Positions 16,714 through 32,981 of a stretch of DNA of 64,000 nt are shown one piece after another. The stretch is taken from assembly GCF_009914755.1 (NCBI RefSeq), contig NC_060941.1; one strand, given 5' to 3'. The notes below the pieces were generated by a model. That model saw only the letters and a list, made by a program, of their open reading frames with translations, did not search any database and was not told where the DNA came from. The stretch's first letter is position 1; every line of letters begins with the position of its first letter. Source of the stretch: the human T2T-CHM13v2.0 reference genome, Homo sapiens. The position numbers were made by a program, and so were the translations under genes.

Positions 16714-18270
16714 TGAACGGGCTTGTGATGCTCTTGCCATGTGTCTGGAATGTTTTGGGGTGTGGATTTGCTATGCAGAGCTACATATTTAACTTACACA
16801 TACCTCCATCAGGTCAAATCTGAAAAAAGTGAGTTAAGGACCAGCCTCATTGCAACCTGGAAAACCCAAGCCAAAGCTCCTTTAATAATTTATGGGATTA
16901 CTTAGTTTCATTTTCCAAGATATTTTTGAAACATTGAACCCAGTACACTTTGCTTCTACTTTTGCTGTGATTCAAATTCTTACTCCTGAAAGGGCTTTCT
17001 TGCTTTCCCTCTTATTATTTCAATCATGTCATTTGCGTCTTCACTTGCCTCTGGGTTTTCAGTTTGCCCTGTGAACTGCATTCCTTTGCTCAGACAGGGG
17101 TGTGGAGGAAGCGTGGGCCAGGAACCCCCAGCAACCCCCAGCTAATGCACAGGAGCCTTAAGCTTGGTGATTACTACAATTGTTGCCTAGTGGAACAGTG
17201 AGCCATTAGCTGGGTTCTCACCCCTCTATTAGTATTGCCCTGTGATTTAATCACAATTAGTCTCCTAGGAACATAGACATAGGAAACAGGTGGGCAAAGG
17301 AGGCAGATGGCAGAAAGCAACAACAGTTGGAGGATTCTCATTCAAGGCACTGTTTTCAGAAAGTGCAGGGCGAAGGAAGAGTGGAGTTGGAGCTTGGAAC
17401 AAGGCAAATGGGTAAATGATTAATGAGACTTTGAGTTTTATTTTCTGGCATTGAGGCTGGGGACTGGCAAATGTTGATCTCATGTGCGGGGCTGGGCTTG
17501 TTTGATATCCATAGGGATTGAAAGAGGTCTCAGAAGGTGATTCCATTTCTCCTTCACTTCCTCTCCTTGGAAACTGTGGGGAGGAAGTTCTCAGAGAGGG
17601 TTCTTAGAGGAGGTTCTCCATTGTTTCATCTGGCTTTGCACCCTGGGGTCCAAATCAGTCTCTTGAGTGTATGTTGCAATCAACATCCCTTCCGTGGCCC
17701 TGCTCTGACCATTCTGAGGGGCTCACAGAAGACTCAGGCCTGGAGATGACCATTCTCCGTGGCTATGTATATTACTGGGAAGTATAGATGAGGGCGGTAT
17801 ATATGTAGAAGTAGAATTAATTGTGAGGTAGGGAAGATTGGATGAGGGTGTCCTTAGATCCTCCCACAGGTCTGTTTTCCCACTCAAGCTTCAAAACCTG
17901 GGTCCCAGTGTAGAAGGGAGGAACCCAAGCATTTAAGCCTCTCCTATTACATCACTCTCCTACTGTGGAACTGATCCATGAAGAAAACAGTCAATTGTGA
18001 AAGTTCAGCCCAACCCAGTCCCTCTTTGGCCATAGTCAAGTTGTTAATGGCAGAGACAGCTGAGGGCACTCTGGGGATGTGGTAGAGAGTTGAGGGGAGG
18101 TTGGAGCAGGGCAGGGGGTGCAAGAAGTTGGGAGCCCAAGCAGCTGTAAGTGAAATTAGGAAAAACTTTGGAGGCCTCCCATTTCCCTTTATTCTCTCTA
18201 CTTCTCCTCTTACCAGTCAGGATCCAGTCCTCCTATAAATCCACGAAAGTATTTAATAACTGAATATCCT

Positions 18271-18634
18271 TGATATGGTTTGGCTGTGTCCTCACCCAAA
18301 TCTCGAACTGTAGCTCCCGTAATTCCCACGTGTCGTGGGAGAGACCCAGTGGGAGGTAACTGAATCATGGGGGCAGGTCTTTCCTGTGCTGTTCTTATGG
18401 TAGTGAATAAGTCTCACAAGATCTGATGGTTTTATAAAGGTGAGTTGCCCTGCACATGCTGTCTCTCTTGCCTGCTGCCATGTAAGACATGACTTTGCTC
18501 CTCCTTTGCCTTCTGCTATGACTGTGAGGCCTCCCTAGCCGTGTGGAACTATGAGTCCATTAAACCTCTTTTTCTTTATAAATTACCCAGCCTCGGGGAT
18601 GTCTCTATTAGCAGCATGAGAATAGACTAATACA
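18271..18634 (+). mobile_element. THE1 solo LTR (MaLR)
   Basis: tgatatggtttggctgtgtc...gactaataca, 364 bp, TG..CA termini, 5-bp TSD ATCCT/ATGCT. Confidence 0.93.
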
Positions 18635-19098
18635 ATGCTCAAGGGTATTAGGAGAGAGTTCTGGTATTCCAGAAGGTTCTGGAAACCCAAGGCTCCTTCC
18701 CCCAAACCAGAAGGCAAGACCTGGGTGCATAGGAGAGAGGATTTCTCCCTCCTGACTCTCTTGGCATCAGATTCTCCACTTCTCATGATAACCATGCAGT
18801 CCCAAGTTGGAGACTTTCCAGGACAGTTTCAGTTTTAAATATTTTATCCTATTGTCCTCATAGGTACTTGTGAGGCCACATGCCCTGATTTTGTTATGGA
18901 GAAAACCCATAAGTACAATAATCCTAGCTCAGAGTATTTCCTGTTTGGCTGAGTTTACATAAATCTTGCCCTTCCCTGGCACCTAGGCATAGTGGTATTT
19001 GGAAGATTTGCTGGAATCCCAGCTAAGGAAAAGTTAGCTTGCAAGTTAGTATAGGAGCAAAGGATGGGTGACCTCCATGTTTCTTGGGAAATAGCTTA

Positions 19099-19498
<400 letters not shown>

Positions 19499-19515
19499 GA
19501 ATGGAGAACAGAGGC

Positions 19516-19836
19516 TTTTTTTTTTTTAATGTTTAAAAAGTTAGTTTTTTAAAAAAAATTATTATTATTATACTTTAAGTTTTAGGGTACATGTGCACAA
19601 TGTGCAGGTTAGTTACATATGTATAAATGTGCCATGCTGGTGCGCTGCACCCACTAACTCGTCATCTAGCATTAGGTATATCTCCCAGTGCTATCCCTCC
19701 CCCCGTCCCCCGACCCCACAACAGTCCCCAGAGTGTGATGTTCCCCTTCCTGTGTCCATGTGTTGTTCTCATTGTTCAATTCCCACCTATGAGTGAGAAT
19801 ATGCGGTGTTTGGTTTTTTGTTCTTTCGATAGTTTA
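19516..19836 (-). mobile_element. 5'-truncated young L1 (L1PA2/3-like, non-Ta) 3' UTR
   Basis: Close match to the L1PA 3' UTR; cccactaaCTCgtc gives the GAG (not Ta ACA) diagnostic; 14-bp TSD GAACAGAGGCTTTT at 19506-19519 and 19838-19851; TTTT/AA endonuclease site. Confidence 0.92.
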
Positions 19837-22454
19837 GGAACAGAGGCTTTTAATCCATGGTGAGAGATGAAAGCTAAGTCACCTCTTCCTCTTGGGGCAT
19901 TGTTTTTCACACTGAAGGTTTCTGGATCCTGACCTTTGGCAAAACTTTAAAACTGTTATATATATGCTAGAAGAATATATAAAATATATAATGTAAACAT
20001 ATGTAACATAAATTAAAATATATAATATAAATTGGAGACTATGTATAAATAGAATGTGATAGAAGGGAAGAGAACAGAACATATCAGAATGCATTGCACT
20101 TGGTTTGTGTGAGTGTGGTTTCATGAAACTTATGTTTCTGTTTTATTTACTGATAGGTATGTGTGCCTTTGGTCACTGTGTAAAATGTATTTTGTCCTGT
20201 CGATCACAGTTTAAAAAATTTGAGGCCACTCTCCTAGGAAAGGTCATGCAGTTCCCTCTGTTCACACTGAACTGACACTGCTAAGGCAGACCCTCCCCTG
20301 AGAGCTGGTTCCATAGGCGTGGAGAAAGGAGTTGCAGGCTGCTGAGCACCTGTGCAGGGGTGAGACAAACATTGCAGAGAGGGGAGAGGAAAGGGCCAGA
20401 GTAGAAGCCACTTCTGTCCCTTTTGCAATAGTAGCTGCAAGGCACCGAGTGCCAACAGCACACAAGGCCTTCTGCCAAGTGCCTTAGATGAGTTGTCCGT
20501 TTCAAGTCTCACCACACACCATAAGAAAGAGGAGTACTATTATTACTGTCCCATTTTATAGATGGGGAAACTGAGGCTTACTTGCCTGCGGTCACATTGC
20601 TTGTACATTGCAAATGAAACTTTGTCTTAAACCCAGGTGAGCCCAATTTTTCAGGCCATGCTCTCATGCAATCACAGTAAACAGTTCCTCTTTGGGGTCT
20701 GGTGTTGGCCCAGCATCACCGATCAAGGTCTGCCAGCCCACACCCAGAGTGGATTCAGGGCAGGCAGGGCCAGGAAGTGAAGGAGCCCAAGTTCTGCAGC
20801 CCAGGGCCCCCGGACTGATGGCTGCGAGGGTGGCAGCCTGTTTCCAGCCCTGCTCCTGCTCGCTGCCTGCTTTGCCATCGCAGAATATGCTGCTAATTAT
20901 AACCAAACACAATGAGCAATCGCAGCCTGCTGGCGGTGGAGCACTCGTTAGAGGTCTGGCAAGCTTTTCCTTCGACTTTCCCCGCAGCCTGAAGGCGGTG
21001 GCGGCAGGAGCCCTTGGCTCCAGCTCCCTCCTCCCCTTCCCGCTCCCTCTGCTCTGGGCCGGGTCCACTCAATTCCATTAGTATTTACTTAGCTCCTACT
21101 GTGTACAGGCTCTGGGTTCAGTGCTTGAGGGTGGTGCGGAGTGGGTGGAATTAGAGCCAGGCCTCTGTTCTTGCCTTCAGTGAGTTCACCGTCTTCGTTT
21201 TCTCTTAATTAGAATTTTAAAAGCCAGGCGCAATGGATTGTGGCAGTGAGAAGAGAGGTTTTGCTCAGCTTTGTGTACCTGACAGTTTCTTTGAGGCCCC
21301 TTCTTGGGTTTTGTGACATTTCTTTTCTGCCATTTGATAATGTGAGGGCACAAAAGTGCTTGCTCTGCATACATGATCTCTGGTGGTGCTCATTTGTCCC
21401 AGGGAGAGAAACTCTTTCCAAAATCTTGGAGAATGTACACCTGGGCCAATATAAGAGATGCATAAGACATTACAGGCCTTGGAACCCAGAGAAGGAGATT
21501 CTGAAATGCCTATGCTGAGGGCTCAGGAATCTGGGAAGGGTGTGAGGGGAAAGACAGCCTCAGATGGTGGGACATCTGCCTCTGGTTCTGGGGAAATACA
21601 CACAGCTATTTCTGGGTTGATCTTCAGCCAAACTTCAAAGTAAGTCAGATTTATCTTTTGGTCCCTTCATCTCTCTCTCACGCTTCCTGGCATCTAAATT
21701 CCTTCTGGTGTATCCAAGGGACATTCTTCCTGCCCCCTATTAGGGCTTCCTTATCTGCCATCAACCAATCACATTAAGGTTTTTTTGTTGCAAATTCATC
21801 AAGATATGATTCCTCCAGGGAGCCATCATGGATGGTAGGGATAGTCGGGTCCTGTTTACTGAGGAGTCCTTGATGCCTCCCTAGCAGAATGACTGCCCAG
21901 AGCAGTAGAGCATGATAGCATGGTGCATATTTGTGGAGCGAATGAATGAAGAGCTGGGAGCAACACCAGAGAACATCTGGTCCTCATTTTGCTGCGGGGG
22001 AAAAACAATCTAAGGCCCAGAAGTAGGGTGACCAACTGTTCCAGTGTGCCAGGGACTGAGAGCATTTCCAGCATATGGGACTTTCAGTTATAAGACCAAG
22101 CAAATTGGTCACTTTATGATGGGTTGTGATGAATAAACCAGTATGAGCTGTATGAGAAGGCAGGGAAGAGGTGGGATTTTTGTGCACAAAAAAGATGGGA
22201 AGCACCAGACAGGGGAGAGAGCAAAGGCCTGGAGAAGGCAATTTTTAAAAGAAAAATAGACAGAGCCAATACATATATGAAAAAAAAGTTCAGACTCACC
22301 AGTAACAAAATACAAACTAAAGCAATTTTCACCTATTTCTCAAGGATTTAACACCATGGGAACACCCTGAGAAACCAAGCACTTTCATTCACTGCTGACA
22401 GAAATCTAAACTGTTTCAGTCTTTCTGGTGGGGAAGTTTGGTTCCAGGTTTTAA

Positions 22455-23131
<677 letters not shown>

Positions 23132-23191
23132 AGTTTGGGGTGCAAGGATGCTTATTTCCTTATTACAGCTTCATAATAAAGTCAAATTGGA

Positions 23192-23490
23192 GGACGAGCG
23201 CAGCGGCTCATGCTTGTAATTTCAGCACATTGAGAGGCCAAGGTGGGAGGATCATTGAGCCCAGGAGTTTGAGACCAGCCTGGGCAATATAGTGAGACCT
23301 CATCTCTACAAAAAATTTAAAAATTAGCTGAGCGTGGTGGTACATGCCTGTAGTCCCAGCTACTCAGGAGGCTGAGGTGAGAGGAGGCCTCGAGCCCAGA
23401 AGGTCGAGGTTGCAGTGAGCCGACATTGCATCACCATACTCCAGCCTGGGCAACAGAAAGAGACCCTGTCTCAAAATAAAATAAATAAAG
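23192..23490 (+). mobile_element. Alu (J-type)
   Basis: Dimer; TSD aataaagtcaaattgg. Confidence 0.93.
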
Positions 23491-24092
23491 TCAAATTGGT
23501 GTCAACCCAAAATTTCCTCTTAGGAGGCTGAATGAACAAAACAAATTTCTTGCTGGTCTTTCTGGTGGTCGGCCCCCACCCAGTTTTTAAGCCAAGCAAT
23601 TCAACTCTCCTTTTGTCCCCCTTCCACTTCAGGTTTATTCCCTAAGCCTATATTTTAGATGCCAACAATTCTCTCCCACAGAGGAATTTTGCCATTGGCC
23701 CTTAAGCTAGTTTTTCTAGTCATTCTCAGCTTGCATCACTCACACGGTGCGTAGGCTGTTCTGCCCCTTGGTGCGGTTACTCTGGTCAGAGCATTTTTGG
23801 TTGTAAATAACAAAACCAACTCAGGCTATCTCAAGAAGAATAATTTTTTTAAATGGTAGCAGATATTGTTGGATGTGGGGAAGTAAGCCTCAAAGGAGGC
23901 CCACCTAAAATACCTCTGGACTGGCTGCTCCTCAATAGACTGGCTTCTTTCTCATTTGACCCAATACTGAGTTTTAGTCTCTGACTCTGGCCCTTACTAT
24001 GTGCCCATAGGCAAGTGACATAAGTGTGGCTTCATCTGTAACAAGGGGATATTACTAGCTTTTATCACATAGAACTTCCTAGGTGGCAGGCA

Positions 24093-25078
<986 letters not shown>

Positions 25079-25299
25079 AGGCACTGTCTTAGCACTAAGT
25101 ATTAGCTCAGTTGGTCCTTTTAACAGCCCTATGAGATACATGCTATTACCATCTGCCATGCACATGCATTTGTGTGTGTGTGTGCATACGCATGCACTCA
25201 GATCCTCTGCTTCTCCTCCTAACTTGGTTGTGCATATGGCTCCTTAATAGCCAACCCAGTAGTAACTCCCACCCCCTCAATTAAAACCTGGACTGTCCC

Positions 25300-27970
25300 T
25301 TTGTGTCTCACTGGCTGTCAGGCTCTGTCCTGCTACTGCTCCCTGTGGCAATCATCTACTCTCTCCCCATCACTCCCCCATTTGTGAAAGACATGAGCAC
25401 CTGGCTCACTATCAGTCTGTTCATCACCATACTCAGCATCATTCCTGGTCCGTGTCTATTAGATGACCCCTCCAACATTCTGCCTCCAGTTAATTAATCT
25501 TCTCACCACCAGTGACCTGTCCCTCCCTGCCTGCCTCAGCTGCCCACTCCCATCATCTAATGCTAGATCTTATCACCAGCAGTAACTGTGCCATGTCCAA
25601 GATCTCCATTTCAAGCAGCTTTCTCTGACCACTACCTCATATCTGTTCAACTTGCTTCCCTTGTACACCCACTCCTACACTCTTCCCCTCAGAGAACTTC
25701 CTTCCACACACTGGTTCCCCAGTCCTTTCACTCACGCATTCCTCCATGCTGTCACCTCCCTCACTTCTCAGCTTATAATCCATGGTCCAGCATGATAAAT
25801 ATACTTACATAAACCCTGGGGCCTTGTAGTGACATTAAAATATGTCTGCAAGTTCTTTGATGCTTGTACTCATCAGCTTGGCTGCCATAACGAAATGCTA
25901 TAGAGTGGGTGGCTTGAGCATGGATTTTTTTTTTCTCACAGCTCTGGAGACTAGTAGTCTAAGACCAAGATTCTGTCCAATTTGGTTTCTGGTGAAGACT
26001 CTTCCTGAATTGTAGATGGCTACTTTCTTGCTGTGTCCTCACGTGGCCGTTCCTTGGTGTGTGAGCACAGAGAGAGAGACAGCAAGCTATTTGGTGTCTC
26101 TTCTTAAAAGGAGATGAATTCTATTGGATCAGAGCTTTATGATCTTATTTAACATTATGATCTTATTTAACATTAATTTGTTTCTTAGAGGCCCCATCTC
26201 CAAATAGAGCCATACTATGGGTTAGGGCTCCAACACGGGAATTTGTGGCGGGGGCAGACATAAACATTCAGTCCATAACAACACTACTCCCTCCAAAAGG
26301 TGGAGTCTAATTCCCCTCCCCTTGAATGTGGACTGGACTTAGTGACTTGCTTTTAACAAATATAATGCAGCAAAAGGAACGCAATGTCACTTCTGAGCAT
26401 AGGTCAAAGAAGGATAGCTTCTGATTAGGTCTCCCTCTTGGACTGGTAGCTCTGGGAGAAGCTGGTTGTCAGGCTGTAAGTACACTCTGACAGCCTGTAG
26501 AGGAACTGAGTTGTCCACCAACCACCACTACTGACTTGCCAGCCATGTGAGTGCACCACCCTGGAAGCAGATCCTCCAGCCCTATACAAGCTTTTAGATG
26601 ACTGTAACCTGAGGTAACATTTGACTGCAGCCTCGTGAAAGACCCCAAGCCAGAACTGCCCAGCCTGAGCTGCTTCCAAATTCCAAACTGTGACCCACAG
26701 AAACTATGAGGTAATAAATATTTGTTGTTTGGGAGTAATTGTGTTGGAGTCATGTGTTTCACAGCAATAGATAACAATGACAACCATTCTGACCTTCTCT
26801 CTCCCAACCTATAGGCCTAGCAAAATCAACACTTGTCAAATGTGACTTTTAGCTATTTAATGCCTGCACTCCAGGTGTTAAAGGTGGCTGGAGAAAAACA
26901 CAGAGCTGTACTGAAAGGTTTCCCTTTAAATTCATCACCACTGACCTCAGAGGACCACATTGCTGCCATATTGCTGCCCAGCAATCCTACACTGTTTTCC
27001 CCAGGCAAGTCGCCTCTCCTACTCCCTCTGGCAGATGACTGCATCACGCCTCCTTTCTTTTCAGGCCTGCACGCAGTTCTCCTTGCTTCTCACTTTCAGC
27101 TGATGACATCATTTTTCCCCCACTGAAAAAAAAAATCAGAAAAGAAAAAAAAATCACATCCTCCCACAACCAAAAATACCAGCCTCCAGAAGTTGTGCCC
27201 ACGTGCCCCACCTTTCCTCCTCTCATGATGAATGAATCGTCCATGTGTCTGTCTGAGGCCAGCCCCTCCTCTCGCACACTGGATCCCTTCTTCTCTTGCT
27301 TGTTAAAAAGCATCACTCCAGCAATTATCCACTCTCTCATCTGCAGCATCAAATTTTCCATCTCAACTGGATCATTCCCATCAGCATACTGATAGGATAT
27401 AATAACTCTCAGCTTTAAAAAATATCCTTGACCCCACATTCCCTCCAGTTGCTTCACCATTTGCTAACCATTCAGAGCAAAACTACTGTTTCTATTTCCT
27501 CACCTCCTAGTCTCCGTCACAGGCTCCAATCAGCCTTTCATCCTTACCATGGCAGTGAAACTACATTTATCAAGGCCACTGATGACTTCTGTGTTGACAG
27601 ATTCCATGGTCAATTCTCTGTTCTTATTTGACCCATCGGTGGCATTTTAAGTCATGTGATCACTCCTTTCTTCTTGAAACACTTTCTTCAGTTGCTTCCA
27701 GGACACCAGGGTCTTCCAATCTTCCTCTGACTTCACTAGCTGTTCCTTCTCCATTTGTCTTTTTTAGATTTTCTTTTTCACTTTTCACAACCTGTAAAAT
27801 TGGAATGGCCTAGACCTTAGCTCTTGAATAGCCTCTGTTCTCTTCTCTTTCCTTTCCTTATGCTCCCTCTTCTGGGTGGCCTTATGTGGTCCCAAGGCTT
27901 TAAACACCATCAACATGCTATAGACCTCCTATTTATGTCCCTAATCTAGAGCATCTCCCTTGAGCCCAGG
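25300..27970 (+). mobile_element. L2 remnants, interrupted by MLT1 LTRs
   Basis: Pyrimidine-rich L2 motifs (ctccaatcagcctttcatcc, tcaaggccactgatgac, cactcctttcttcttgaaacactttc). Confidence 0.7.
25825..26781 (+). mobile_element. MLT1 LTR (E/F/G-like) with a nested antisense MLT1 LTR (~25865-26280)
   Basis: aggtggagtctaattcccctccccttgaatgtgg, acagcaatagataac end; inner element has tcttcctg..ttgtagatggc and cattcagtccataaca. Confidence 0.75.
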
Positions 27971-28799
27971 ATGAATAAAGGCAAAATTTGTGTTCATTTT
28001 CCTCCCTTTTTGGCACATCTCTCCTCACCTCTCAGTGGTTTTCCTTTCTTCTGATATCCAGTTTATTCATACTCAAGGGTAATAGATAGGATTAAAACAT
28101 TACCTACTGCTTAGCACACTGCCTCACACATAATGGAAATATTAATCAAATGTAACTAAATTACTCCTTTCAGGGAACAATATTTATATTTGGCCTAAAG
28201 GCAAAGTTACGCCTTTCTACTTGTGAAATTTCAGATATGGGCATAGATGGTTTAATCCTACTCAGGCCTGGGATGGAAATGGGGGGATGGGGTGTGGGTT
28301 TTTGAGGGTGATAGGCTTTTCTAGAATTGCTTAAATCAAGCTGATCACAGACTCAGCCTTTCTGTAGGGTGTACTTAGTGTTTTCTCTACCTTTTTTGGT
28401 GTTGTTATGGCCAAGATGAAATAGAATGCCTGGGTCGCTTGGCAAAGCCCCACCCTGAGTTTTAGTGGTGGCTGCCTGGTGGTGTTAGTCCAGTGGTTAG
28501 ACCACAGTAGTGACAGGCTGCAGATTCATTTTCCACTTAGCTTTTCACAGAGAGACCCTGTTCTTCAGCCACTGATTGATCCCTTAACTTGGTCAAAAAT
28601 TGGCACATAGTCCAGCCTAAAGATTCAAAGTTAGACCTTGACATTTGGCTGAATCATTTTAAAAAGTTTCAAAGGTCAGAACGTCCATAAATAAGAGTAC
28701 AGTCCTTCTCCCATGCCCTCTCTAGTTTACCATGATAAAGTGAGAGTCAATGAGGTGACAAAGCTGTGGAAGTCCTGGGGCACTGGATCAGTCAAGGTC

Positions 28800-29227
28800 C
28801 TGTCACTCAAGGCAGTGAGGCGGGTTGGACAAAGGGGCGATTTATAGGGCCAAGGGAAGCAACATTGGGCAGGGAGGCACCCAGGGCCAGCAACAACAGG
28901 GAGTCACTACCGCCTCTAGGCTGAAGGTGTAGGTGGGGAGCACTGACCAGATTCCAGGGACAGCCACGGCTGTTGGAGAGCTGCCTGTGACCGGAGCCTT
29001 GGCCACCCATCAGCCCAGCAGGATGGGAGATGACAGAATGAACATCTTGACTTTCTCTTCGTCCTTTCCATCTCTTATAAATGCTTCCCATTGGCCAAAC
29101 CCAACTAGGAACCAGATGGCAAGGGAGCCTATTGGTATAGACCACATAAGGCAACCTCTTGGATCTCGGAGCAGAGTGGAGAAGTCTGGAGAGTGCAGCT
29201 GAAGGAGCCAACAGTGAATATCCCACA
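28800..29227 (-). mobile_element. LTR33-like ERVL LTR
   Basis: cccattggccaaacccaactaggaaccagatggcaagggagcc and related motifs. Confidence 0.6.
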
Positions 29228-29522
29228 GACTTGTTCAGAATTACAACTCCAGGGTCCAAACCTATTAGAAGGCAATGTTCTCAAGGTAGATGGTTCATGG
29301 ACCCCTGTCTCCACCAGCAAAAACAACTAAAGCCGATGTTCTATGCTTCAAGATGGGGTACTAGAATAACCCTCATGTATATGAGACTGGAAGTCTGCTC
29401 CCTAATGATGCTGATTAGGGAGCATCAATAAATCTTGTGACAGGGACAAGATTTATTGAAGTGTGAGTATTCTAAGGAACATTTTAGCTTGATAATCTCA
29501 TATCTGGATCTTCTGGGTACAG

Positions 29523-30105
29523 TTTTTTTTGTTTTTTTTTTTTTTGAGATGGAGTCTTGCTCTGTCACTCGGGCTGGAGTGTAGTGGCGTGATCTTGGCT
29601 CCACCTCCCAGGTTCAAGTGATTCTCCTGCCTCAGCCTCCCAAGTAGCTGGGATTACAGGCACGTGCCACCATGCCTGGCTAATTTTTTTTTTTTTTTTT
29701 TTGAGATGGAGTCTTGTTCCATCTCCAGGCTGAATCTCGGCTCATTGCAACCTCCAACTCCCGGGTTCAAGCGATTATCCTCCCTCAGCCTTCTGAGCAG
29801 CTAGGATTACAGGCACACACCACCATACCCAGCTAATTTTTGTATTTTTAGTAGAGATGGGGTTTCGCCATGTTGGCCAGGATGGTCTTGATCTCCTGGC
29901 CTTGTGATCCACCCACCTCGGCCTCCCAAAGTGCTGGAATTACCCACGTGAGCCACCAAGCCCAGCCTAATTTTGGTATTTTTAGTAGAGATGGGGTTTC
30001 ACCATGTTGCCCAGGCTGGTCTCGAACTCCTGACCTCAAGCGATCCTCCTGCCTTGGGTCCTCCCAAAGTGCTAGGATTACAGGCGTGAGCCACTGCACC
30101 TGGCC
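29523..30105 (-). mobile_element. Alu inserted into the A-rich linker of another Alu
   Basis: Right arm, then a full Alu, then left arm; outer TSD gggtacag, inner TSD ctaatttt. Confidence 0.9.
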
Positions 30106-31009
30106 TGGGGTACAGAATTGGGAGAATGATGGGAAGAAAGACTGGGAGAAGAGGGAAGGACCTGACACAAGAGGTAAAGTCAGCCTACATAATAAACAGC
30201 TCAGAAGGAGGGGGATATTTAGGTGCTGGACAGAGTACAAGAGCTTCAGGCATGTCAAAAGCCCTTAAGCAGCTGGCCGTGAGAGAATTAAGGAAAAAGT
30301 GGCTTTAGAAAAACATTGCCAAGTGTTTCTATCTCTTCAAAAGATACAACAAATACTTGGAATTTCTTTTAAAATTTCTTTCAGTTGCTGAACTATGTTC
30401 CTTTCTCTATGAGCCTCCAAGCAGAGTCTGGGCCATGTGGGCCCTCAACTGTTATTGGAGTCACAATAAAAGACCTTCTGGATGGTTCTGGCAACCAAGG
30501 ACTGGCCAGAAAGCACTCCACACACCTCATCCTCTGTCCTCTGCATGATAGCACACAAGCCTGGAAGCTTCTGAGGACTTAGCTTCCTTCCAAGGGGTTG
30601 TAACCTTACCCAATGATTGCTGCAAAATGGAAGGGATGATTATTTTACCTTTGGCACAGAAGCCAGAGCAGGTAAACAAGTTGTTAGTCACTCAATAAGT
30701 CATCTACAGATGCAAGGAGACACAACCCAGGTCTCTGGACTCTGTGTGGCCTGCATTCTGCTCAGCTGGCTGGCTGCAAATTCTATTTCCTTCCCTTTCT
30801 AGGAAATGAAAATTCTCCCCTCTCCTTCCTGAGAAGGCTCAGGCCTGCTTGGTTTAGGTTTTCACCAAGGGACTGTGGGACAAGACCAGATTCTGAGCCT
30901 TTACAAAATCATTCCTTTAGTTCTTAGTTCCTTTCTTGAAAGCAGTTTAAAGTGTGCAGGGGCAGGAGACTAAGCCCTAGGACTAGGACTTGGGGGTTCT
31001 GAGCATGGG

Positions 31010-31472
31010 TGCATGACTATAACATGATCTGAATTTCCCAGCTATGCAGCATACTCTGTCAGATGTGGGCTCTGATCCGGATGAGATATTGCTCAATCTG
31101 GGCTAATAAGATATGGGGAGACATTGACTGAGGGGTTCTGGAAAGAAGTTTCTACTTTCTTCCATGATGACTATTTAAAAAGCAGCTTGCTGTCTCTCCT
31201 GAGAGTGAACAAAGTTGCAGACAGCTTTGGTTGCTGCTGGCAACCACATTGCAACCTAGAGGATTGAGAGTTTTAGGATGAAGTTGACATCATGGAAGAC
31301 AGAGTGGAAAGACAAAAAGAAACAGCATAGAGCAGATGGATCAGATCTTGCATAAAGCCCACCCTACCTCAAACTTCTTTTTAATTGTAAAGGACCAATA
31401 GGTTGATTGTTTAAGCCAGTTTGAGTTGTGCTTTCTGCTACTGCAATAAAAACCATCCATTATACTGATACA
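31010..31472 (+). mobile_element. Old MLT1 (J/K/L-like) LTR remnant
   Basis: 3' end tttaagccagtttgagttg...actgataca. Confidence 0.55.
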
Positions 31473-32656
31473 TTATGGCAGCTCAGATTCTCCACGCTGT
31501 AGGCTCAGGAACAGGAAGGCACAGTCTGGTCTGAGAAGATTCTGTCCTGATGCAGGTAATGTGTTGCTCTTTCTTTGGTGGGTGGCAGAAAGGTCAGGCA
31601 AGTTCATCTTGCAGCTTGGGGAGAAGAAGTGATGAATTAGGTCATCTGGCAAAGGCATGGCTGAAAGGATGCCTCACGTACTTGAACATGATGCTCTGGG
31701 GGCTTAGAGGGCTTGGGCTGCCAGATCCATGTGGGCAGGTGTTCTTTGCCTGAGGTTCTTGAACTCCTAGGGTTCCATGGAAGAGTGTCAGGAAGTCCAT
31801 GAAACCCTGAAACCGTATGAAGAATTTTGTATGTGTGCATTTTCATCAGGTTTTCAAAATGGAAGAATTACTGCCCTATGTTTAAATGGTATATGACCCT
31901 CTAAACCCATCTGCCTCCATTTCTCCTTGTCATCAGACAGGATGACTAGTCCTTTTTCTTCTTACTTTCCAGAAGGGATGAACATATGAAAGATCTTAGA
32001 GGGTGGATAAACCTATTAGATGGAAAACATCTTTTTTAAATTATCAGACAGAGCCAAGCTATGAGGAGAGGACTTCAGGGGTGTCCTGAAGTGAGAAAGT
32101 CCATCTGAAACTGAAGACAGCCAGGAGCATAGATGAAGAAGAATGACAAAAGTCAGACATGTCCTTTCTGTAGGAAATCCAGGTACTTGGATACACATGA
32201 ACATATACGCTGCATGTCATGTATGTATATGGAATAACAACGTTTGCATTGTCTGATGGTTTCCAACAAGTATTTTCATAACATTGCCTCATTTGGTCTT
32301 CATACAGACAATGGGAGCTGGGTCTCACACTTTTCCCCAAGGTTCAGGAGGTGAAGTGCCTTCTTCACCATCTCTCCGTAAATGGTGATGCTGTAAATGA
32401 AATTCACGTATTCTGTTTCCTTACCTGGTGCACTAAGCCCTATATTAGTCTAAACCTGGCTGACCATCAGTATCACCTGGCTGCTTCTTTAAAATGCTTG
32501 GGCTCCACACCAGTTCTAGAAATTCTGATTCAGGATGTCTAGGACAGGGCCTGGGTATTTGCATTTCTGGAAGCACCCCAAGTGAAACTGAAGACTATTT
32601 AGGTTTTTAGAATTTGGCCCTTGCAGGGGTTGGTGCATTGATACAGTGGACTCTTA

Positions 32657-32981
<325 letters not shown>

